Shown here one piece after another: positions 52,900 through 64,000 of a stretch of 64,000 nt of DNA. Both the position numbers and the translations under genes were made by a program. Each line of letters begins with the position of its first letter. The stretch's first letter is position 1. The notes under the pieces were generated by a model. That model ran no database searches, was not told where the DNA came from, and saw only the letters and a program-made list of their open reading frames with translations. Source of the stretch: Leucoraja erinacea (taxonomy: Eukaryota); NCBI RefSeq assembly GCF_028641065.1, contig NC_073393.1, positions 15,872,001 to 15,936,000 of the forward strand. Direction: 5' to 3'.

Positions 52900-54870
52900 T
52901 ATTAAAACAAGAGGGTAACGAAGAGAGGGGAGGGGTCACTCAATGTAAAAGAGCAAATTTGTGCATGGAGTCGGGTTGAGGCAAGGTACTAAACAAGTAC
53001 ATTGCATCTGTATTGACTGAGGAGAAGGGCATGGAAGACGGTGAGTTCAGTGTTGAGAATATTAATATTCAAGGACAGATTTTGGATTAAGTTACAGGGG
53101 TTTTTAACAAACATTAACGTGGATAAATCCACAGGGCCTAATGCGATATATTTCTTGAGAGAGGCAAGAGCGGAAATTGCAAGAACCTTGACAAAGATTT
53201 TAGCATTTTTTCTGGCTACATGCAATGATCTGGAGGACTGCAGAGTCGCTAATGTTGTTCCATTGTTTAAAAAGGGAAATAGAGGGAATTTAACTAATAT
53301 GGGCCTGGTGCACCACACGTCAATAGTAGGGAGGCTATTGGATATGATTCATTTGGATAGGATTTACTCCCATTTGGAAGAGAATGGTTTCATTTAGACA
53401 GTCAGCATGGCTTTGTACATGACAGGTCATTTTTTACTAATGCTCCAGATTTTTTGAAGAAGGAGCAAAGGTGATCCATGACAGTAGAATAGTGGATGGC
53501 ATCTTCATAGATTTTAGGGATGCATTTGATGTAGGCTGATCCAAAAGATCAGGATCTTGTGTATTGACAGAGGATTAACAATGATTTGATTGTATGGATT
53601 CATAAATGGCTTACTAATAGAAGGCAGTGGGTAGTGGTGGAAGAACGATATTCAGGCTGGAGGTCTGGATGATCTATTGTACATTTTTGTTGTACTCCGT
53701 CCCCTTTGATATCTTGTTTTCACACCTTACCCTTCCATATCTGTGTGTCTCCCTCTCCACTGACTCTCAGTCTGCAGAAGGGTCCCAACCTGAAATGTCA
53801 CCCATTCCTTCTATCTAGGGTTGCTGCCTGACCTGCTGAGTTCCTCCAACATTTTGTGTTTTTCTTTGGTGTAAATCAGCATCTGCAGTTCCTTCCTACA
53901 CTTTATAATTTCTTTCGCTGAAGGGCAACACTCCAGAGGACTGGAGAACAGCCAATATTGTTCCTTTATTTAAGAAGGAAACTAGAGATGATCAAGGAAA
54001 TTATAGGACTGGGCCTCACACCAGTGATAGAACAGCTATTGGAGTGGATTATTTGGGAGAGGCTTTATTTGTGTTTGGAAGAAAATGGGCTAATTAAAGA
54101 TAGTCAGCATGGCTTTATACATGGAAGGCCATGTATTATGACCCTGATTGGTGTTTTTGAGCAGGAGATGAAGGTGATTGATCTGGGTGGGGCAGTGGAT
54201 GCTGTCTACGTTTATTTTTGGCAAGACATTTGATAAAATCCCTCATGGTAGGTAATCCAGAAGATGAAAGTGTTTGGAATCCAAGGTGACGTGGTTGTTT
54301 GAATTCAGAACTGACTTACTCAGACCAGACTGAGTGCTGTGATGAAAGTGAGTTATTTTGGCTGGATGTCTATGACCAACAAAGTTTCTCAAGGATCTGC
54401 ACTGGGACCTCTGTCATCAGCAATTTATAAAAATGATTTGCAAATAAATGGGTTGGTTAGTAGTTATCAAATAATACCAAAATTGGGAAACTTGTGGAAA
54501 AGAGGTTGGCAGTCAAGTTATCTAAGAGGGATTATAATCAGTTGCAGAAATGGATGGAGAAATGGCAGAATGAGTGTGCAAGTGTGGTGCACTTTGGGAG
54601 GTCAAATGTAAGGGGAAAGTATACACTCAATAGAAAGTATCTCAGCAGCATCGCTATACAGCGAGCTCTCGGGCACCTTGTTCACAGCTCCCTGATAAAG
54701 ATAATACAAGTAGATAAAGTAATAAAGAAAGCATCTGATATGCTTGCTTGCATCAATCAGAGCATTGAATAGAAAAATCAGGAAATCACGTTTAATTCAA
54801 CTTGGCACCATGTTCGGCATGGACATCAGGCATGGGTTCAGGGCCTGTTCCTGTGCTGTACTTTTCTATG
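52900..54870 (+). mobile_element. Degenerate CR1-type LINE fragments with a Penelope insertion (~53680-53900)
   Basis: DCRVANVVPLFKKG, LIKDSQHGF, SQGSALGPL. Confidence 0.85.
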
Positions 54871-55189
54871 TTCTTATATGTTGCTATTAATTCAAATGTA
54901 TCCCGTTTTTTGCAATAAATTTGCAAAATCAAGATTTGCCGAAAAGTCTTCTCTACCAGATTAGTTGACCCAAATTAGGAAGAAATAATCCTTCAATGGT
55001 GCCACTCACACTGCCACCCAACATGGCCTGCTCAATGATTTGGTAACTGCAGGACGGAGATAGATTGTTAGTCACTTCCGGATTTCAGGTACCTCCGGTT
55101 GCTTTGCAAATCAATGAATATAACGAGCTGCCAAGAGAATTGGCAGAAACGGGTATCATTATGACAATTAAATAAAACCCGGATAGTTC

Positions 55190-55545
55190 ATAAGGTCATA
55201 AGTGATGGGAGTAGAATTATGCCACTCAATCTTGGCTGATCTATCTCTCCCTCCAATCCCCATTCTCCTGCGTTCTCCCCATAACTGTCACCTGTACTAA
55301 TCAAAAATCTATCCATCTCTGCCTTAAAAATATCCACTGGCTTGGCCCCTACAACCTTTTATAGCAATGAAATCCACAGATTCACCAGCCTCTGACTAAA
55401 AAATAATATCCTCATCTCCTTCCTAAAAGAATGTCCTTTAATTCTGAGTCTGTGACCTCTAGTCCCAGACTCTTCCACTAGTGGAAACGTCCTCTCCACA
55501 TCCACGCTATCCAACTTTCACTATTCTGTACGTTCCATTAACTGA
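55190..55545 (-). mobile_element. CR1-type LINE 3' end
   Basis: Co-linear with copies at 6030-6340 and 29400-29750. Confidence 0.8.
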
Positions 55546-55851
55546 GCTCATCAATCTGCCATTTTTTGTAAACGTTTTTCCATTTACTTTGTGATTCTTA
55601 ATATCATCAAAACCAGAATGAAATATTTGGTTGTATTTACTTAATATGAGGAGATGGATTACGAAACATGGATGATTTGCCAGTCCCATTTGCCAGCACC
55701 TGATTCATGTCCGAAAAAAATATTTCCTCTCACTGTACCTGCCTGTCCTTTAACTGACTAAATTATGTCTGCCTCAGCAACCTCCTCCCACAGCTCTTAC
55801 ATGTATGCACCACGCTTTGTGTGGCCCTCAGGTTCCATTAACTCTTTTCCA

Positions 55852-57280
55852 TCTCTATAATACTAAAACTCTTACTATTGTTTGTGTTTGTGCTGACGAT
55901 GTTTCAATCTGCTTTTCCTATCTTCTTCCAAACGCGAGGCCACAGCCTTCCAATTTTCAGATATCCTACTCACATTTTCCCCGTCGAGGCGATAAACATC
56001 TTCTCGTCACATTCCCGCCTATATTTCCAAAGTTATTAATCCTTTAAATTTTAAAAACAGCCCCCAAAACTCGCCCATTTCGGAAAAAAGAACCAGAGTG
56101 ACGTCACAATGCACTTGCAAGGCAGGACGGGACACTCCAGGGGGGAGGGGCACTCCAATGCTCGCGGTGAACGAGGAGTGGTGGTGGCTGCTGGCGCCCA
56201 ATGCCCAAACCTGGTGGGGAGTGTGGTGCTGGAGCTGGAGTGAGAGCCGAGCCCGGGGCTGGGGATGGGGCGCTGACCGGGGCCGAGAAAGAAGCTGCCG
56301 CTGGAACCAAGGATGAGCCTGGGTCCGGCGTCAGGGATGAGGCCTGAGATGAAGTCAGGACCTGCACTGGAGCCCAGGCGGCAGCCAAGCTGACGGATGG
56401 AGTCTGGAGATGAAGTCGGGGCCTTCACTGGAACCCAGGCAGTGGCCGAGCTGACGGCTGGAGTCTACAGTCAGGACCGAGCACAAGTACGAGAACCAGG
56501 CCAAGTTCCAGGCCCTGGCGCTGCTCTACGACCTGGGTAGGTGCTGGGGCAGGGAATGGGAATGAGGCGAGGAGGATGAGGGAAATGAGGAGGAAGGAGA
56601 TGTGGTGGGGAGTGGGGTGGTAGAGGGAGATGGGGGTGTGTGCAGGAGGCTAGATGGGGAGGGGTGGAGGAGGGAGAAGCCCCTCCCTATCTACCCTCAC
56701 TCTCACACTCTCTACCCCCTGCCTCTCTACCCCCCCCTCTCCTTCCCTCATCCTCTCTTCCCCCTCTCTCTTCCTCTATCTCCCCGTCTCTCTCTCTACC
56801 CCCTCCATCTCTGCCCCTCTCACTCTCCAGCCCCCTCTCCCACAACCCCCCTCCACTACCCTCCCTCTCCACTCCCCCTCCCTTTCGCTCTCTACCCCCT
56901 CCCCCCCTCCCCTCTGCCCCTTTCCCTCTCTACCCCTTCCTCTACCCTCTCTTGTCCCCCACCCCTTCCCTCTCTTGCCCCCCCCCCTCCCTCCCTCTTT
57001 GCCCCCCCCCCCTCCCTCTATACCCCCTCCCTCTCCCCCCCTCCCTCTCTACCGCCCCACCCTCACTACCCCCTCCCTCTCTAGAGATTGAAGAGGGATG
57101 GTGAAGAGGAGTAGATGGGAGTGCTGGGGGATGAGTAGAAATGAGCCGCACCGGCGCAGTTGGGGACTATGCGTGAGTGGCGCAATATTGCATTGGGTGA
57201 ACGGCTTGTGTTGGGGGAACAGGTGAGTGGTGGAATCTTGCATTGGGGTAGTAGACCCAATGGGTCTGCACTTGGTCTGG
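55852..57280 (+). mobile_element. Helitron-like non-autonomous element
   Basis: A|TCTCTATAATACTAAAA 5' end; 3' hairpin AGACCC-AAT-GGGTCT then CTGG|T; inserted at an AT dinucleotide inside a CR1 remnant with no TSD. Confidence 0.75.
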
Positions 57281-57802
57281 TCTTACATTAAAACGGTGCT
57301 CTCTAGTTTTTCTGACTCCCCTACCCTGATGAAAAGTCTGTGCTGTTCACCTTATCTATGTTCGTTGTGATTTCATATATAGAACCTCTAAAAGGCCAGA
57401 TAGGTCTCCGACTCTCTCGGGAAAATGATCAAGCCAATTCTCATTGCTCAAAGCATCCAGATTCAATAAATACATTATAGTTCTAACTAACCTAATATTT
57501 TATGGGGAATTGCACATTAATGAATTGTGCCAATTTAGAAAAGTAATACCAGATTCATACGTCATTGTTAAGGGGAAATCAGGCTGATTTCTCAAAAAGT
57601 AGCCTCACACTGTCATGGCCATCATCATTAATCGCTATGAATTACCCTCCACCCCCCCCCCCCCCCCCCTTTCTATTTTGGATCCCCTCCCTATTTTATA
57701 TTTGCTTCAGATTTCAGCATCCCCGAACAAGTTCTTCCCGCCTCCTTCACCGCTTCTTCTCCTCCCTCCCTTCCCAGTTAGTTTTTCTCTCTCGATCTCC
57801 AG

Positions 57803-58390
57803 CGGTTCTCTCAAGAAAAATGGCCGAGTGCCAAGAGATGCTTGTGGTCCCTATTCCTACTATCGTCTCAATCACCAATGCAGATCAGCATCCGTATACA
57901 ATGTACTATTTCCGACGTTGGGATCTCACTCCATCAACGGGTTCTTGGGAAGATCTGTCAGCTATTGTATTGAGATTCACCCAAAAAAGTGAGATTCACC
58001 AAAAAATAGTCAATCGGAAAGCCGAAAATAAAGAAAGAAAGCACGGAGCAACCATTTCAATGCTTGCTCCCCACTTGAAATCACATACAAAAGCAGAGGA
58101 TTCATTTCTGGTTTCCGAACTAATGACACTCCCATACGTAGGGATATGGAAGTTACAGAAGTGACCAAAAAACCTTTGTTGAAGATGCGATCTTAACTGA
58201 TGTCAACTGAACACTGCCAAGTGTTTTTCATCTAAATTAGCAAAAGCACAGCGAAAAGGATTCACCTTTCAATAAATGTTCTTTGTTCCTATTTTCTCCC
58301 TTGAAGCATAACGACCTTACTCTTGTTGAGAGACTCTGCAGTACACTCTTGCCAAGTGTTTTCTGGAAGTCACAACAGCAAAATTCACAG
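57803..58390 (+). pseudogene. Decayed NKp30/NCR3-like Ig pseudogene (V-like exon 57803-~58166, TM-like exon 58307-58390)
   Basis: Strong acceptors at 57802 and 58306. V-strand fragments occur in shifting frames (IRIQCT, GSW, LEIT..AEDS, ELMTLPYV, GYGSY..EVT), followed by LLLLR..TLQYTLA, which resembles the NKp30 Arg-TM. Confidence 0.45.
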
Positions 58391-58409
58391 GTCCAGAATT
58401 TTCAGTCGT

Positions 58410-59850
58410 ATAGAATCATACAACGTGGAAACAGGCCTTTCGGCCCAACTTGCCCACACCGACCAACGGGAAGATCTGTCAGCTATTGGGATAGTACCTG
58501 CCTCAAATACTTCCTCCAGCAGCTCGTTCCATGCATGCACCCCCCTCTGTGTGAAAAAGTTACCGCTTAGGTTTCTATTAAATCTTTCCCCCCTCACCTT
58601 AAACCTATGTCATTTGGTTCTTGATTCCCCTACTCTGGGCAACTGGCTCTGTTCGTCTATCCAATCTATTCATCTCATGATTTTGTACACCTCAATATGA
58701 TCACCTCTCATCCTATTGCGCAACGAGGAATAGAGTCCAAGGCTGCTCAACCTCTCACTATAGCTCAGGCACTGGTATCCAGGCAACATCCTCGTAAATC
58801 TTCTCTGCACCCTTTCCAGCTTGACAACATCTTTCCTAAAACACAGTGTCCAGAACTGAACACAATACTCTAAATACGGCCTTACCGCTTCATATCACAT
58901 ATCACTGCAACATAACCTCACAACGTCTATACTCACTACGCTGTCTGATTAAGGCATATGTGCCAAAAGCATTTTTGACCACTCTACCTACCTGTGGTGC
59001 CACTTTCAAAGAACTATGTACCTCCACTCCCCAGAGCACTACCTTGCACTATGTAGGTCTTGCCCATGTTAGTCTTCCCAAAATGTACCACCCCGCATTT
59101 ATATTAAATTCCATCAACCATTTTTCAGCCCACTTGACCAACTGATCAAGATCCTGCTGTAATTTTTTGATAACCATCTTCACTGCCTATACAATGTTGA
59201 CTGTCGCTAATCATCCCACGTCCATCTAGATGCATTTCTATCCTATCCCTCAGAATAATCTCCAGCAATTTACCAACCACGGATGATAAGCTCACTGGCC
59301 TGTAGTTCCCAGCCTTTTCCCTGCCACCCTTCTTGAATAAAGCACAACATTTGCCACCCTCTAGTCTTTGGCCACCTCGCTTGTATTTAATGACGATTCA
59401 TAAATCTCCGCCAGGGTCCTGCAATTTTCTCTCTAGCTTCCCAGAGTCCTCGGATATATGTGCTCAGGCCTGGGAGATTTTTATCTACCTTCATAAGCTT
59501 CACGATATCCAGCACCTCTTCAACCATAATATTGACTGCTCTCAAGATACTTCCAGTGACTGTCCCAAGTTCCTCAGTTCTCCTGTCTTTCTCCATGGCT
59601 AAAAAAATAGAAATACTCATTGAGGACCTTGCCCATCTCATGTGGCTCTACCAGAGTTAACCCTTTGATTCCTTATGGATCCCACATGCTCTGGTTCCCC
59701 CTTTTTCCCTTGATGTACTTATAAAATCTATTGGGATTATCCTTAATGCTATCTGCCAGGGATAATTCCTGTCCCCTTTTTGCCCTTGCAATTTCATTTT
59801 TTTAGCTTACTCCTTAGTTCCCGAAACTCTTGCAGGGATACACTTGATTC
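58410..59850 (-). mobile_element. CR1-type LINE fragments
   Basis: RGERFNRNLSGNFFTQRGVHAWNELLEEVFEA. Confidence 0.85.
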
Positions 59851-61099
59851 CGTCAAACCTGACTCTTGATTCTGTCAAAAATATGAACGTTTTGTCTTAT
59901 TTAGGGGAAGATGTAGATTTGGCTTTTTTTCCATTTTGTTTTATTACCCTATCTGGATGCGAAGCTTTGTAAACTTGTTAATTCAACCCTCTACTGTTTA
60001 CAGTAATGACAACATGTTCGATAACAATAAAGTGCTCTGGGACCAAAAGCAGATTTAAAACACATGTCCCCTCGTGTTTCACTAGTTGTTTTCTTTGTTA
60101 AGCGGCTCATCTCTTCTTGCAAGCATATTAACTGACAAATTATTTCAGATTTGTTTTCAGCTGAAATTACTTCAGTGTTTCGAAATGCCCCTCTCTTGTC
60201 GTAATCGATAATACAGGGGAATGTCAGGATATTTATCCAATTATCAATTTTATAATGATTGCCAATGAAACAATAAGTGGTTTGTCCTTCTACGTTGCAA
60301 TAGAAAGATTGGCAACTTTAAAACTTGTTTTGAATTGATATCAAGATAATTGTTTCGTATTTCTTTTTTCCAGAATGTACTCGGCGCGCAATTACCAAAC
60401 ATAAAACTCGCAGAGCAAATATTTTGGTATCAGAATATAAATTACTCAAATTAGACTTCTTCCACTTCAGCTTCAAATTGGATACCGCAAGCAGTTTGCA
60501 ACTTCAGATCATCGTACACTTTGACCACAGCGAGTTTCCATGATGTCACCAGCAGATTCAAGGTGCATTATTCTTATGGGTTACTTACTGTTAGTTCGAG
60601 CTATGAATGTATTTATGGGGGTTCATTGGCTATAGCATCTTTTTATAGAGAAGTTGCAAATGTGCGTGCTCTGGCTACAGCGAATTACAGACAGAAAGCT
60701 GAAGTTTGAAGAAAGGTCTCGACTCGAAACTTCACCTACACATCTGATCCACAGAGTTACTCCAGCACTGTTAATCTTTTTTTAAATTTCCTTCCAGAGG
60801 ACGTACCCTTTCCAATCGCAATGGAACAAGAAGCAAAAAAAGACATTTACAAAGGACGAGAATAAATTGAAAAGAAGGCTGATAAGCACGCACGCATGCA
60901 CAGATTTAGATACACACATACACACATTTATTTAAACGCATACGTTTTACTGCGATGTTTTCTCAGAAAACACCAACTTTCATTGATACAACATCTTCAA
61001 ACCATTTAAAGAAAATACACAGAACGTGCTTTACGGGAAGATAAAGGTCTTGCAAAGTGAGTTCAGGGAGTTCCACAAATGTTTTAAAAAAATTACTTC

Positions 61100-63790
61100 A
61101 TGAGTCCTATCTCAGGATTCATGCGTGGGATCTGTATAGGAAACATTGATTGATCTAAACTGGAAGGGAACGAAGATCAGAGAAGAGAGGATTATTCAAG
61201 CTACTTAGAAGTGTTTAAACGAAGTTGGGAAGGGAGAAGGTCGGTGGAAGCATGGAACCAGTGCAACAACTGGGGTGAAATTTATGCAGGACAAATCAAG
61301 CAAGTCCCAAGGGCAGAGTAGAGGGTAGCAGGTTCGCAAGCCGAGGAGGCTTAGCAGGCCCAACAGCATTTACTTTAATGCAAGGTGTCTCACTGGCAAG
61401 TCAGTTGACATTAGAGCATGTGTCAGAACTTGGAATTATGACTTTACTGCAATCACATAGTTGAGGGAAGAGGGAAGGACAAGACTGGCAACTTAATGTT
61501 CCAAGTTATACAACCTTCAGGTGTGAGAAAGAGTACTGCAGAAGAGCAGGGGGGTATGTTTACATTGCCTGTTAAGCAGAAAATAATTAGCCCTTTGGAA
61601 GGGTATCCTGGAGGATTCATCCAATGAGGCCTTATGGATCGAATTTGGGAAAAAGAGAGGAACAATCACTTTGCAAAACTTATAAGATAGACTTCCCAGT
61701 AGTCAGGAAAAATGACTGGAACAGGTATGTAAGCAAGCCGCCAAAGTTTGTTATAGTGGGCATTTTTATATGCTCAATCTTAACTGGATTGTCCTGATTG
61801 TCACGGGTTTAGATGGAGAGAAATTTGTTAAGTTTGTACCACATATTTTGAGAGCCAATATATTATTGGTCCTGTCAGATATGAGTCAGTATGATGCTCG
61901 ACATTATCAGGAAAGCACTGGGTAGGTGGTGGAAATGTTGGTTTAGCGAGACTTTTTGAACAGTGAAAATTCAGAAACGTTCAGTTATTTATGTAAAGGG
62001 ATCAGGTTGTTCCTTAAATTCGAGAAAGGCTTGTTTCAATAACGTAACTAGAAATTGATGAATGTAGACTGGGCACAGATGCGTGTAGGTAAAACTGACA
62101 AGTGGAAGTCTTTTAAGGGACAATTAACCAGACTTCAGATCCCAAGATTAAGGTGAAAGGAAAGATGGCAAGGCAGGAGATACCTGTGGCCCAGGCAGAG
62201 GTTTCAGTACCTTCATTCTTCAAAGGTGACATGCCAAAACAGGGAAGGATAACTACTATTCTTTCACTTAAGAAGTGCACCAGAGATATGCCAAGTAATT
62301 ACAACTGTTGTGCCTTACTTCATTAATGAGGGAAATTAATGAGGAAGGTCTTAAGAGATATGATTTATGTAAATTTGATAATTCAGGTATTTATTAGGGA
62401 TAGTCAGTAGATCTTTGTGCGGGGGTAAATCCTGCCTCACTAATTTGATTGAGCTTTATGAGGCTAGTACTAAACAGATTCATCAAGGCGGGATTGTAGG
62501 CATTTTTTTGACGTTTGACATGGTTTCACATCGTAGGCTGGTTCAGAAGATTAAGACATACTGGACACACCTTACATCGTTGGCTAATTGCATCTAAAAT
62601 TGGCATGGTGAAAGTAGACAGTGGTAGTGGTGGAAAGCTACATTTCTGACTGCCTTGGCAATTAATTCCACACAACCATGGCCTTCTGTGTGGAAATAAA
62701 ACTGTCTCTCATTTCTCCTTTCAATTTATCCTGTGTCAGCTTAAACAATGCTATTTAATTCCAGACTCTCCCGGTGAAGGAAAATGACTGACTATTGTCC
62801 TATTTATGCTTCTGATCAATTTATAAATCTTGATGTGTTGACGCTCAGTCTCGTACACTTCAGTGAGAATAATCCAAGTCAACACAATTTCTTCTTCTAA
62901 CTACAGCTTACCATTCTAGACCTGATCCTGGTGAAACTCTTCTGCAAACTCTCTATGGCTAGTGACGTTGAGGTACAGAACTGAAGATGTGTCTGATTGT
63001 TAGCAAATTCACCTAGTGGTCATACCCAAGAATGTCAATTGTAGTGAAATATTAGGGATTGTAACATCTAGTCCTACTAATCAATCAATATTTTCCTGTG
63101 GTGTGGTGATCAGAACTGTACATTGTACACCAAAGGCGCACATAAACAGCACATGCTTACTCACATGTTTCAGTGCTTTATGCTCCCACTGTCTTCCAGG
63201 CAAAACCTATCTGCATTTAATGTTTTTCCTTCCATGTTCTTGTTCATGACACTCGGTGGAGCATATTTATTACTTACATGGATACATTTAGCTCTAAAAA
63301 ATACTCAAGAAGCACAACATTATTCAGGATAAAGAAACCCTTCTCATTGGTACCGATTCACCAACATAAAATAAATAGTCTCCATTACTGTTGCATCATA
63401 GCTGCAGTGGACCATGTTGATGGAAATATATTGCAATTCCTTCAGCTACTTCCTATCGAGGAGTGGTGATCTTTCACTTGAAGGGGCAATCATGGAAGAT
63501 GATCTACCAATTTTACACGGTAATTAAATAATTCCTCAGTTACAGTTGCTTAGTTAGGTTGCAGTTGCTTAAGACATTAGTGAGGCCACATTTGGAATAT
63601 TGTCTTCAGTTTTCGTCATCCTATTGTAGGGAATGTTATTGGTGCAGAGACGATTTACGAGGATGTTGCCAGAAGTAGACGGTTAGGACTTTATTCCTTG
63701 AGCAGGTTAGGACTTTATTCCTTGGAGCGCAGGAGAATAAGGAGTGATCTTATACAGATATATGATCATGAAGGGAATAGATAGGGTAAA
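61100..63790. mobile_element. Old degenerate CR1-type LINE fragments
   Basis: Endonuclease-region remnants and GKSCLTNLIE..FDMVSHRRLVQKI. Confidence 0.65.
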
Positions 63791-64000
63791 CGTCTACTCT
63801 GTCAAACCTTAAAACTTCTATTAGGCCACTCAATTACATTGTTTATCCATACAGACAAGCCCGAATCAATGTTTTATTTCTGGATAAGAATTGCCTCATT
63901 TTGTACACTGTACTCCAGTTCAATCCACTTACCTTATTCTTTTCTGCTTTTCAATTCTGTCTGAGTAAAAATGAACGGTGCCATGTTCTTTTTATATGGC

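Noticed and set aside
56602-57151. Pro/Leu/Ser-rich and Gly/Arg-rich ORFs (also 2293-2689)
   Set aside because: Translations of CT-rich low-complexity tracts inside Helitron-like repeats.
57565-58164. 199-aa plus-strand ORF as an intact gene
   Set aside because: The N-terminal part is a poly-C/pyrimidine tract; the Ig-like landmarks fall in different frames, so it is treated as a pseudogene remnant.

Overview
Vertebrate genomic DNA, most likely from a cartilaginous fish (probably a skate or ray). This is inferred from the repeat landscape: CR1/HER1-type LINEs, an HE1-type V-SINE, Rex1/Babar LINEs and Penelope-like elements. Three intron-containing genes are well supported. (1) The first three coding exons of AMFR/gp78 on the minus strand, running off the left edge. 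(2) A complete 7-exon NUDT21/CFIm25 gene (plus strand, 226 aa), head-to-head with AMFR. (3) A minus-strand, non-rearranging antigen-receptor-like Ig gene: leader, germline-joined VJ-type V, C1-set domain, uncharged TM and short tail. Two further gene candidates are weaker. One is a decayed NKp30/NCR3-like pseudogene (V exon plus Arg-containing TM exon) divergent from the Ig gene. The other is a possible small secreted-protein gene divergent from the NUDT21 promoter. The AMFR-NUDT21 interval is a nest of Gypsy LTR elements, a LINE and MITEs. The window also holds many Penelope-derived minimal hammerhead-ribozyme motifs and a Helitron-like element carrying an apparent captured exon. Exon boundaries were read by hand; repeat boundaries are approximate, and no database search was run.
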